This document shows positions 52,326 to 64,000 of a DNA stretch of 64,000 bases, piece by piece. Under the pieces are notes generated by a model, which was given only the letters and a program-made list of their open reading frames with translations, was not told the origin of the DNA and searched no databases. The stretch comes from Malacoraja senta (Eukaryota). The DNA is taken from the NCBI GenBank assembly GCA_038087875.1, contig CM075994.1, forward strand, positions 6,574,001-6,638,000, read 5' to 3'. The first letter of the stretch is position 1. Each line of letters opens with the position of its first letter. The position numbers and the translations under genes are program-made.

Positions 52326-53399
52326 GAGATTCCATGTGGGAGGCCGTTGTGCTCAGGCTCTGCCTCTGTAGGATACGTAGAATATTCCTTGTTTCAGTCG
52401 CCGCCCGACCCCTCCCTCACCTCTCTCTCGGGTACATCATGTCTGTATCGGTGCCGCTTCCTTCTATCGTTCACCGCTTTAACACTGCATCTCCCTCACT
52501 GCCAGTTTCCAACCAGCTCCTACTTTCCTCTGCTCGAGCCCCGACTCTTTCTTGGTTTCTTGGTCCTCCAAAATATTCCAAATGGAATTTAAACTGGAGG
52601 TGGTGGAGGGAGGACTTAAGCCAGAAGGGTTTTTTGGGAAGGAAGAGCTACCTTAAATTTAGTTGCATCTGGTTGGGTAACTAAAGTAGGGTGGAGATTA
52701 TTCCATGCTTTAATTGTGCTTTCACGTGGTCTCAGTCTCCGCTTCACAGAAAACGCGAGTGACCAAAGTCCATTCCAAGCCAGCGGACGCCATCCGCTAC
52801 TTTGTATATCCACTACCCCTGTTTGCGCATCGGAAATTGAATATTCCCTCCAAGATCGAGTGGATATAGCAACAACCCGCTTATATTTACACAATGTTCT
52901 CGCATCTAGGAGGCCCCAAAGTGTGTATTAACGTAAATCTCTTTAAAGTGCAGCCACGAACTGCAACGTAAATGCAGCAGTCAACATGCAGACAGGAATA
53001 TTTACAAACAGAGTTTGAAAGCCAGCTGTACTGTCCAAACCGATATGGATTTATTTCAATTGGAGTATTGGAAGAATCAAGCACAGCATTCAAATAAACA
53101 CAATCTTTCTATTCGGTTCTTGTGAATGTTTCAGGTCGTGCAAATTATCCAAATTCAACAACTGGGTATTAAATGTATATGTTGTATTAATCTACAAACC
53201 TACAATATTGTAAGTGGGTTTGGTTTCAATTATCCAATCCCATTACAAATTTCCTCTCTGATTATCTGCCTCTGTTTCTTCCCTTTCACCCAATCCACAA
53301 CTTTAATCACCGCCCTCAGTCCAAGAGAGAGAAAGAGTCATGGGTTTTTAATTGTTGCTGGGCATCAGAAACCATCAAATCTCTGCTCTCCAACCGCAG

Positions 53400-54570
53400 G
53401 TTCAGAGTTCACCTTGGACAGAACAAGAGTGCATGGAGAACACAGAAGAATGGGCTCCCGCAAGGGTCAGTTGTAGCCCCAAACTTGTTCAACCTTTACA
53501 CAAATGACCAACCCACCACCAAATCCCGCAAATTCATCTATGCAGATGACATCTGTTTGGCCTTCCAAGCACCAGATTTTGGTACATTGGAACAGGTGCA
53601 CAATGAAGACCTTGCTAAACTAGACGAGTACTGCAAAACCTGGCGCCTAAAACCAAGCCCAGAAAAAACGGTCTCCAGTGTGTTCCACCTCCATAATGCA
53701 GAAGCCACAAGAGAACCAAACATCTATCTGAGCAGGACCAAACTGAAGTATGCCCCCACTCCAACCTACCTCGGAGTGACCCTTGACAGGACCCTATCCT
53801 TCAAGGAACATCTCAAAAGAACAGCAGCTAAGGTGAAGTCCAGAAACAATCTCCTCAGTCAGCTTGTTGGCTCAAAGTGGGGGGCAGCAGCCCCCACACT
53901 GCGCATTTCAGCACTAGCCCTTGCATTTTCTTCAGCCGAATATTGCACCCCTGTTTGGTCCAGGTCATCCACACACACCATGTGCACACCCAATTGAACT
54001 CAACAATGAGGATCATCACAGGAACAATCCGCTCAACACCACTCCCCTAGCTCCCCGTCCTATCCAATAAAGCCCCTCCACACATCCGGCGAGTTGCCCT
54101 CACTCAAAGGATGCTCCAAAAGACAAAAAAAAACCCTCATCTGCCAATTCACATGGACATCTTCAACCCACCCACTGCTCGACTTCCATCTAGACGACCA
54201 ATTTGGAAGAACCCACCACCAGCTGATTTCACCACCCAATCAGCTTGGAAAAAGGAATGGGAGTCCAAGGACATCCCAAATATACATCTGGTGTCAGACC
54301 CAACCCTACCGGTCCCTCGCACCAATCTCCCAAGGAAGCAGTGGACGACGCTGAATAGATTCAGGACTGGACATGGCCCCTGCTTGGCCAGCCTTCATAA
54401 ATGCGGCAGCAGCCCAACCCCACGGTGTGCTTGTGGAGAGCAGCAAACAATGCAACACATCATTGAAGCATGCCCTCAAAAAAGACTTAAAGGAGGACTT
54501 GTCACCCTTCATACAGCAGATCAAGAGGCAACTGCTTGGCTAAAGGACTTTGCATTCGCTAAATAATAAA
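53400..54570 (+). mobile_element. I-group (Vingi/Ingi-like) LINE 3' part
   Basis: GLPQGSV, FNLYTND, IYADD, YLGVTLDRTL, AEYCTPVW, CACG..H....C knuckle, TAAA tail. Confidence 0.7.
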
Positions 54571-54576
54571 TTGTTG

Positions 54577-57500
54577 CTGGACTAAGTAGGACCCGTTGGA
54601 TCCCTTGTTCACACGGGAGGGCTGGTTTCCCAACGCAATATTCCACCTCTCCACCAATTCCAATATTGGTGGCCAGTGGAGGGGGGGGGGCTTTCTGGAG
54701 CGCTAGCATGGGTGTTGTGGGCCGAGGGACTGGTTTCCAGAGGGCTAGTATGGACATTGTGGGCCGAATGAAATCTTGGGCTGGCAGCTCAGTCACTCAG
54801 GCCTGGGGGACTGGCAGCTCAGTCACTCAGGCCTGGTGGGCTGGCAGCTCAGTCACTCAGGGTTGGTGGGCTGGCAGCTCAGTCACTCAGGGCTGGTGGG
54901 CTGGCAGCTCAGAAACTGCCAGAAACTCTACCCAAAACAGGTGAGAGACGGTGAGAGAGAATGGGGGAGAGGGTGGAGAATCAATTTTAAAGTGTTTTCA
55001 TCTTTTTCTACAGATCACAGCAATGAAGGAGGAAGGTCTATCCTGGCCTGGATCTCACAGGGAGCAAATGAAGGATGGGGTGAGGGTTAATACTTATAGG
55101 GGGAATACTTAATGATGGGCCGAATGGATTCCTCCGGGGCTAATACATGCCTGATGGGCCGAAGGGACTTTAAAAATCTGAGTGAAATCTCAGTGAAAGG
55201 CACTTTTTATGGACGTTCCCTGGCCTGGCACGGGCCTTTTGGGTCAAAATGCCCCCCCCGGGCTAATAAGGGCATTGTGGGCAAAAGGAACTGGTTTCTG
55301 GGCTAATATGGGTCTTGTGGGTCGAAATTAGTGGTTTCAGGTAGGCCAAAGGTGGGCTGGCAGTTTACTCACTCACGGCTGGTGGGCTGGCTGTTCACTC
55401 ATTCACAGCTGGTGGGCTGGCAGTTCACTCACTCACGGCTGCTGGGCTGGCAGTTAACTGACGGCAGTTCACTCACTCACGGCTATTCCTTGAAATTCCA
55501 TTTTAAGCAGAGTGCAGGCCACCAAATTCATTTCATACCATTTCATGCAGAGTGCAGGCCACCAAATTCATTTCATACAATTTCAAGCAGAGTGCAGGCC
55601 ACCAAATTCATTTCATACCATTTCAAGCAGAGTGCATGCTACCAATTCATTTAATTTCAAGCAGAGTTCAGTTCACTCATGGCATAGCCTCACAGTTCTC
55701 ACTCACAGTCTTCCTTGGTGACTGACTCACGTCTGGCCTCTGGGGCTTTATACTCCTGCCCCCGGAAGGGGCGTTACCTTCATCATGGTGATTGACAGGC
55801 GAGAGGACCAATCAGCTGATCTTAATTATTTTTTTTAACACTCATAACTTTTATATTTTTCATCCATCGGATCTGCCACAGCGGAGGAGGACTGTGAGTA
55901 AGATGGCCAAAAATCACACGGGAGGGCGGGTCCACCAATGCAATATTCCACCTCTCCACCAATTCCAATATTGGTGGCCGGTGGTGGTGGTGGGGGGGGG
56001 GGGGTCTGGAGCGCTAGTATGGGTATTGTGGGCTGAAGGAACTGGTTTCCAGAGGGCTAATATGGACATTGTGGGCTGAATGGATTCTTGGGCTGGCAGC
56101 TCAGTCACTCAAGCCTGTTGTGCTGGCAGCTCACTCACTCACGGCTAGTGGGCTGATAGTTGACACACTGCTATTCCTTGAAATTCCATTTCAATCAGGG
56201 TGCAAGGCCACCAAATTCAAGTGCAGTTTCTTACCACTTCAAGCTGGGTGCAAGGCCACCAAATTCAAGTGCAGTTTCATACCATTTCAAGCAGGGTGCA
56301 AGGCCATTAAAGACAGTGAGTCGTGACCTCTCCCTCCTCCATCTTGCAAAGACTGAGCCACGCCCACGCTTCTGGGTTTTATAGTCCCTCCCCTCTCCCA
56401 CCAGTAGGGGCGTGGCGTTCGTGGCATGATTAACAGGAGAGACAATCTCAACATTTTTAACTAATAACTCTTTTATTTTTCATCGATGGGAAAAACCCTT
56501 AGCACCTGATGAGCGGAGGGGGACTCTGAATTAAGGGCCTGTCCCACGGGCATGTGACTCCATGCTGCAAGCGCGACCTAATGTGGTCGCTTGAGCCGTA
56601 CGGCCTCACGGGGTCGGTCCCACTTTGATCGCCGGAGACGTATGGAGTTGTGCAGAGCTGGTCCCGACATCGCGTGGGGCTCCGGAAAACTGACCGTGTT
56701 CAAAAATTCCACGCGGCAACGGCCTTCCGGCCCGCAGCCGCCTCTACGCCGTTTGCACGTCTTGACGCTATACGTCACGCGCGAACTTCCCGCGTCGCTC
56801 ACTCGACTGTCGCGCGGCCCCCGCTTCCGGTTTGGTCGCGCTTGCCGCATGCAGCCGATTGCTGGTGGGACCGGCCCTGTACGGGGATCACTCGACCTCC
56901 GCGCGGTCCCCGCGCGGCCCCGCTTCCGGTTAGGTCACGTTTGCCACATGGAGTCGCATGCCCGTGGGACAGGCCCTTTAGATGGCCAAAATCACAGCCG
57001 TACGTGGTAGCGTTTTTTCTAAAATCAATACAATGCGCAAACAGGAAGTGGTCAAGATTAGACTTTTAATTGTATAGAAGGCAAGTCAACTTTAATTTGG
57101 CAAGGCAACTTTAATTAGGCAACACAGCTTTAGCATTTCCAAACCAAAGGCGACACAGCTTTAGCATTTCCAAACCAAAGGCGACACAGCTTTAGCATTT
57201 CCAAACCAAAGGCAACACAGCTTTAGCATTTCGAATCCAAAGGCAACACAGCTTTACCATTTCCAAACTATATTTTCAAACCACATTAAGGGTACTAATA
57301 GGTCAGTAATACCACTCACAGTTTAGTAGACATGTGTTCAGTGTTATTCACAGCTCAGATTGAGAGACGTGACCCTCTCGCTCCCCCATCTTGCAGAGAC
57401 TGACTGAGGCACTCAACACTTCCGGGTTTTATAGTCCCTCCGGAAGGGGCGTGGTTTCAGGAGAGAGAATCTCAAAAAAATTTAAACACTAGTAATTTTA

Positions 57501-57657
57501 TTTTTCATCGATGGGAAAAATCCTCTTGTCCTGCGCAGCAGAGGGGGGCTCTGAGTAAGATGGCCAAAAATCACAGCCGTAGGTGGCAGCGTTTTTTTGT
57601 GAAATCAATATACAGAACAACAGGAAGTGGTCAAGATCAGACTTTTAGTAATATAGA
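54577..57657 (-). mobile_element. Composite non-autonomous Helitron
   Basis: 5' A then TCTATATTACTAAAAG at 57657, second 5'-like end near 57078, repeated 3'-subterminal block (54612-54800 and 55917-56100), hairpin 3' end; 30-, 39- and 31-bp repeats. Confidence 0.8.
56534..56977. mobile_element. PIF/Harbinger-like MITE
   Basis: 31-bp TIR AGGGCCTGTCCCACGGGCATG(T/C)GACTCCATG; TTA on both sides. Confidence 0.82.
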
Positions 57658-59690
57658 TACCGAGGCGGAGTAATGCAATTCTTACGTGTCCTTAATCTGA
57701 GTTTGCATCTATGTCACTCCTCATGACTTTTCCTCGCTAAACTGCACGACACGCCACTTCTCTTCCTGACTCCCATGTTGATAATAATCCTCGCTCCTCA
57801 CTCAAGGAATGTTGCGATTCCACCCCCATGTCCTTCGCCTTTTAGACGTAATCAGTATTCCCAACTCCCAAAAACAAAGTGGGTTAAAAGATCTCCGACT
57901 CAGACCTTTTTGGTCGACCCCAGACCTCTGTTGTGTGGGTGGACAAAGCTGAGATAGTCAAGTGGGCTTCGGATGGGTCCGCAGTTGGTCAGGCAGGATC
58001 TGCGGAGTGGACCTGAGTTAGAATTCAGAGTCTCTGGTCGGAATTTGCCTTGACCCTGTCAGTGCTGCTGAACATTAAAAAAAACGTCTGTTATTAATGT
58101 TGTTAAAGTCCTGAATTCACGGAGACACGAAAGTCTGCAGATGCTGCAATCTGCAACCCTGCATCATTCCGTCCTGATTCTGGGTCTCGGCCCTGACTCT
58201 TATCCTCCACAAGTACTTTGTCCTTTTAATTCTACCAGATGTTTATTTCTCGCTCGTGCGTTGAGGGAGCCTCCACTATTCCACCTCATACATGTCAGGA
58301 AGATCCGTTCATTGCATCGCCGCCTTCAGCCACCAGCTGGTGAAGCTGAGCTGTCCAAAGGTTTGTGCAGTTTCGCCACTGCAGGATCCCCTCCTGCTGC
58401 TGGAAACCGGCACAGCAGGATCGGCTGCTGTATTAACCCGTTACCCTCAGGGAAAAGTGAATCTGCGGCAGAGAGAAAGAACAGATTCCGAAGCTTGAGG
58501 CCGTCGGCGACGTGGGAGCAGGGGCGGTGACAGGAACGTAATCCGGGACGACGAGAGAATAGAAGTCACTCGCTGCATGGTCACAAGCTGCATGGAGATC
58601 TAAATTTGATAATCAATTGCGCTATTATTGATGTTGATTGATAATTAACTTCAACAGTTAATAAAATAACATCTTCCATAAACACTGCACTTTCCTATTG
58701 AGGAATTATTTAAATGGATGATATTTATCCGTGTTCAGGGTTTGGTTCTCGTTGCAGGGACATCACTTATTGCACGTCCCTAATTATCCTCTGAGTGGTT
58801 CATTCGATCACTTTGAACTAGATGCGTGTCTTAAGAGCGTTGTGGTCATCGATCCAACCGGACTAGTTCATTTGTAGAGGATTTGAGATGATATTTTTGT
58901 GATGATATTTCAATGGATATTCTTAAGACAGATAGATAGATTCTTGAACAGTACCGGTGTCAGGGAATATGGGGAGAAGACAGGAGACTTGGGTTAGGAG
59001 GAAGTGATAGATCAGGCGTGATTGCATGTCGGAGTAGCCTTGCTGGGCCGAATATCCTAATCCCGCTCCTATCACATGAGTAACTATTTAGGGTGCATGA
59101 AGAGACTTCAATTTGTATCTCTGGATTCCTCGTTCGAGAACTAAATCGTTGCCTCAACACCTCACGCCGACTGCAAGTTGCTGCCTTGAGTTCGCCAGTT
59201 TCTATGGAATTGCGACCCTTTAGTTAATAGTCATGCTTAAAACCGGGATTAAGGCTGCCGGGCATTGTAACGTTACACAGCGATTTAGTTTATTGTCACG
59301 TGAGGACGAGGCCGGGTGGTCGATGACGGACGTCGGCGGTCGAGGACAGGCCTGCAGAGGATGCCATCGGGTCGACAGGCTCGTGTGCGTTGGACGCGCG
59401 GCCGAGAACAAAGTGGGACCGGCGTGCTAAAGGGGGGAGGGGGAGGGGGAGGGGGGGGTGAGAACAGAGGGGACTAAGTGGAATACTTTTGTACTCTATC
59501 GGCGCTCTTTATGTGGCGACTCTTTGCATACTAACACGCTGAAAACAAGATGGTTTCGTTTGGTTATTATTTCACGTGCAGCGAGGTGCAGTGAAAAGCT
59601 TTGCTTTGTGAAGAATGATCTGTAGGGGCGGAGGAAATGCTTCCAATTGGGCTTTCGAATCTGAGTGTTCCGATTCCGCACTCACTTATT

Positions 59691-60005
59691 CCACGGTGGC
59701 GCAGCAGTAGAGTTGCTGCTTTGCAGCGCTTACAGCGCCAGGGACCCGGGTGCGATCCCGACTACGGGTGCTGACTGTACGGGTTTGTACGTTTTTCCCG
59801 AGATGGCGTGGGTTTTCTCCGAGATCTTCGATTTCCTTCCACACTCCATAGATGTACAAGTATATAGATTAATTTGCTTCGTGTATGTGTAAAATTGTCG
59901 CTAGTGTGTGCAGGATAGTATTAATATGCGGAGATCGCTGGTGGGTGCTGACTCGGTGGGCCGAAGGGCCTGTTTTCGCGATATATCTCTAAACTAAACT
60001 AAACT
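59691..60005 (+). mobile_element. V-SINE/HE1-like SINE, near full length
   Basis: tRNA-like head, V-domain, CR1-like tail GGGCCGAAGGGCCTGTTT, (TAAAC)n end. Confidence 0.8.
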
Positions 60006-60526
60006 GATCAGCAGACAAAGTGAACCTTTGCAAACTGCAATAAATGTTAGAGGGTCATATAATATCCTTTAAACTATACACGCATAGATTGCCCCGAAGA
60101 CTGCTGCATGAGAGACAGGTGCATTGTTGTGGATTAAAATAAGGGTGGAGGAAGGTCTCCGTCCATCCTGATCCCGGGCTGTGAACGGAGATACGGGCGG
60201 CGGGTTCCACTGTCCAATGGGTGCAACGTCTCCTCGGGTTACAACCGAGGCTTCCTTAGCGCCGGGCCCCGTCCCTTTCTGTCCTGCCTTAGTCTTTCCC
60301 AAGCCCCTTGCTCAGCTTTCGTCTATATTCAGGCCAGTTTAATGTCGAACTGACCCCTCCCTCGTGTGTGATTAGTTGGAAATGGATAGGACACCTTCAC
60401 ACTTGCAGCCAAATAGCATTCATTGCCCGGGACGGCAGCGTGCGCTGTGGACACTCGCGGTACTGCAGGGGGTCAGCAACTCCACGTGATTGAAAACATA
60501 TTGAACCAGGGAGTGCTGCTGTTAAA

Positions 60527-60937
60527 ATGGCTGTGAAAGACCCGGTCGGGAGTTGGACCGAGGAGGTAGTTTGTCCCATCTGCCAGGATTTCTTCACCGA
60601 TCCAGTGGCACTGGAGTGTGGGCACAACTTCTGCCGCCCCTGCATCACACAGAGTTGGGACAAGGAGGGGAGAAACTCCTGCCCGGAATGTAGAGAGGAG
60701 TCTGCAGATCGCACCCTCAATGTGAATCGGGCCTTGGTTAGACTGTCCGTTAAAGCTCGAATACTGAGCCTGAATCTCAAAGCGAAGAAAAGTAAACTTC
60801 ACTGCGAGAGACATCAGGAAGAACTGAAACTGTTTTGTAAAACGGACAAGAAACTGATCTGTTTGATTTGCACAACTGCGCGGGAACACAAGTCTCACAG
60901 CTTAATGCTGATAGAAGAAGCAATTGAATTCTACAAG
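60527..60937 (+). CDS. TRIM copy E exon 1: RING + B-box2
   Basis: Open 137 codons, all zinc ligands present, AAAATGG start context, GT donor. Confidence 0.9.
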
Positions 60938-61027
60938 GTAAAACCAAATCACTTTTGAGCACATCATTGTCTAATCTTTTGTTTATTGTCTGACATTTTT
61001 ATTCTCTGATCTGAAACCCAACCACAG

Positions 61028-61123
61028 GAACAGGTGAAATCTTATTTTGAATCTCTCACAGAAAAGGAATCAGAGATCCTGAAAAGTGAGCAGGAACAGA
61101 AAGAGAGCATTTCTGGAGTTCAG
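61028..61123 (+). CDS. TRIM copy E exon 2 (96 nt)
   Basis: Open: EQVKSYFESLTEKESEILKSEQEQKESISGVQ; AG/GTGAG. Confidence 0.88.
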
Positions 61124-61261
61124 GTGAGTCTTTGTACTATCGATTTAATGTTTTTGTGTAGATTTCATCCCTGTGATGTGTGCAATAATTTGGCACCTCT
61201 TAGAACTCAGTAGTCGAGGACCAGAACTCTTGGCAGAGGTTGAGCAGAGGGGGATAGACGG

Positions 61262-61470
61262 AGAGGGACACAGAGGCACAGAGAAGGACACAGAGGCACA
61301 GAGAAGGACACCGAGGCACAGAGAAGGACACCGAGGCACAGAGAAGGACACCGAGGCACAGAGAAGGACACCGAGGCACAGAGAAGGACACCGAGGCACA
61401 GAGAAGGACACCGAGGCACTTGAAGGACACCGAGGCACAGAGAAGGACACCGAGACAGAAGGACACCGAG
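61262..61470. repeat. 20-bp minisatellite (GAGAAGGACACCGAGGCACA)
   Basis: About 10 tandem copies at the start of a 1.8-kb insertion (61248-63074) in intron 2 of copy E. Confidence 0.92.
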
Positions 61471-63756
61471 GCACAGGGAGGGACAGAGAGGGGCATAGAG
61501 AGGGACACATCCTATAATGACACAAATTGAGCCTGACAATAAACAACATTATTGAGCTTAATATTTTAATCATACACTCACTGCATCACTACTGATATTG
61601 CAATTATGTCCATGCATAGGATGTCTGATATGGCTTTCCGTAATTTTTCCTCAAAGACGGGAGATGACTCTAAGCTTATCAAATTAAAGTCCATTCCTAT
61701 TTAAGATAAATCATCATCAAATAACATAATATTCCAGCTTAAATTGTACTTAGGACTATATAGCATAGTTAATTGCACAAATTCCACAGGGCTTTTATAT
61801 ACACTTGCTGATACTTGATCCTAACCACGTGTCAGTCATTGTACCTCTCTGTAGGCCATGTGCTCTGGGTATTGCATTGCCCCATGGCAATGGTTTTAAC
61901 GTGAATTATCAACTGAACACTATAACTGAATCATGCATGATATCCCTGCATTATAATAGCAAACTATAATTATGTAGCAAAGTAAAACAACTTACCTCAA
62001 ACAGCCATAAACAGTGATTCTTTACTGCAAAAACTTCCATCCAATCCGACGTTGATATATTGTTTGGCTGCAGCTAAGGAGAGCTTGTCACCGCATTCAG
62101 GCAAATGGCCAAATATATAGAAAACCAAATGGGACACTCCAACAGTTTATACCTGCTATTAGCCTCGTGTCCCCCTTTTCTCATTGAAATGGGTTGTTGT
62201 GGAATTGGTCGATAAAATGGTTAGTTTTTTGACATGAGTCACTTTGTACTCACGAGCCGAAGGTTGTGGTTGATCATATAAACCTGGTTCAGCTCGTATC
62301 TGTAATACCTAGACTAGCCTACTTGGGCCCAAGGACTTATTGGGGGAGGGGGGTCTGGTAAGGCCAAGGCAATGGGTTATCATTCTGGCATGGGTCATTT
62401 TGTATTTCCTTGGCTGTGATTGATCATCTAAATCTCATTTTAGCTGGTACCTTTAATATCTAGGCAAGCCTAGATTGGCCCAAGGGTCCATTTAGGGGGT
62501 CTGGTGGGCCCAATGCAGCAGATAATTGTGCTGTCAAAGGTCAATTTATGTTCCCCAAGCTGTGGTGGATCATTTAAGCTTGGTTTCAACTGGTACCCAC
62601 AATATCTAGGCTAGCCAAGTTGGACAGCAGGGTCTAGGGTGTCCATTTTTGGGGTGTCTGGTACCTGTAGTGCAGCGGACTATTTGTCTGGCGTGACCCA
62701 TTTTGTAGTCTGAATTCAGCTTGTTCATTTGGCATTATTTTTGAGTGGTACCTTGCTCATCTATATAGCCCATTTTTTAGGCCCTGTGTGGGGGATCTGG
62801 CGGGCCTTTTGCAGCGGGAAAAATGTCTGCCGTTTGTGTTGTTGATATAGGCGTGGCAGTGAGCACACCATGGTAGTGGATTTAAGTGGTACCTCACTCA
62901 TCTATTTAGCACCCATTTTTTGGCCCCTTGGGGGGGGGGGTCCCCCAGGTCTACACGCAGCGGGTGGTAACCGGCAGACTCCCAATTCCATTCATTTCAG
63001 GTGGCCCCACACTCCCATAATCAGACGTTGGTACCTAGTTCGCCTAAACCTAATGTCTCTGGGCTGACGGTCTAAATGGTCTGTGGCTGGCGTATACTGT
63101 CATGAAACGAAATGATATGTTGGATGGTCAGTCTTTTACCCTAAGTAGGGGGATTGAGAATGTTGGGGTTTTGGTTTTAGGTGAAAGAGAAAAGATTTAA
63201 AACAAACATGAAGGACAACTTTGGTATTGGGTACATGGAACGAGCTGCCAGATGAGGTAGTTGAGTCGGGTACTGTAACAACATTTAAAAGATATTCAAA
63301 CAAATTTGTGGAGAGAAAAGTTTTAGAACTGTCTTGGCCAAATGCGGACAAGTGGAAATAGCGCAGATGGGGCGCCTTTGTTGGTATCTAACATGCCTTG
63401 CTGTATGACTCTATGAAGTCTGTCATTCTAAGTGGTGTTGCTGTCTGCTAGTTCTGGTGACCTGGTTCTATCCACTGAGGGTGAATGGACACATGAAATG
63501 GAATAGGTTGCAGGGAATTGTAGTGGGGAAATGGGAATGTTGTGTTTGTACATTACTTTCACATAATATTTCAGAATTATCAAGATGAGCACTTGAATTG
63601 CCAAGGTAATGAAAGCTATGAAATACATGTAAATGGGATTAGTGTAGATACGTACAGAGCCCAGCATGGACATGTTGGGTGGATTGCATATTTCTGTACG
63701 GCATATTTCACTAAAAAAATGACATAATATATTGATGCTCATCTTTCATCTGACAG

Positions 63757-63990
63757 GAAGCGTCACGCAACCTTCAGTCACTGATCACATCCCAGTTTTC
63801 TGAACTGCACCAGATTCTCACTGAGAAAGAGCAGCTCTTACTCGGTGATGTCCGGGAAGAAGAGGAGAAGATTGTAAAAACAATGGAGAAAAATCTTCAA
63901 GAGATACAAAATAATTTAAATTCCATTCAGGAGGAACTCTCAAAGTTACAGAAACAGACAGACCGCAAGGATGGCGTGATATTTCTAAAG
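63757..63990 (+). CDS. TRIM copy E exon 3 (234 nt); gene continues beyond window
   Basis: Open: EASRNLQSLITSQFSELHQILTEKEQ...DGVIFLK; AG/GTGAG. Confidence 0.88.
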
Positions 63991-64000
63991 GTGAGGGGTT

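Overview
Eukaryotic, vertebrate DNA, very probably a cartilaginous fish (skate/ray/shark; inferred from the V-SINE/HE1-like SINEs, CR1 LINEs and Penelope tails). The window holds a tandem and inverted cluster of five class-IV (RING/B-box/coiled-coil/B30.2) TRIM paralogs with the exon pattern 411/96/234/23/119 nt plus a terminal PRY-SPRY exon. Copies A and B lie on the minus strand, C, D and E on the plus strand. A, C and D are pseudogenes. B has five open RBCC exons but has lost the 5' half of its B30.2 exon. E is open as far as the window reaches. No complete B30.2 exon is present: D keeps only PRY and B only the SPRY C-terminal half. The cluster is dense with transposons: a structurally complete DIRS1-type tyrosine-recombinase retrotransposon inside a TRIM exon, a Helitron family (one copy with a PIF1 helicase remnant), a hAT transposase broken by nested L1s, CR1, Penelope (hammerhead-like motif), Vingi/I-like and Rex-like LINEs, MITEs, SINEs and minisatellites. 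All family assignments come from motif recognition by eye, not database searches.
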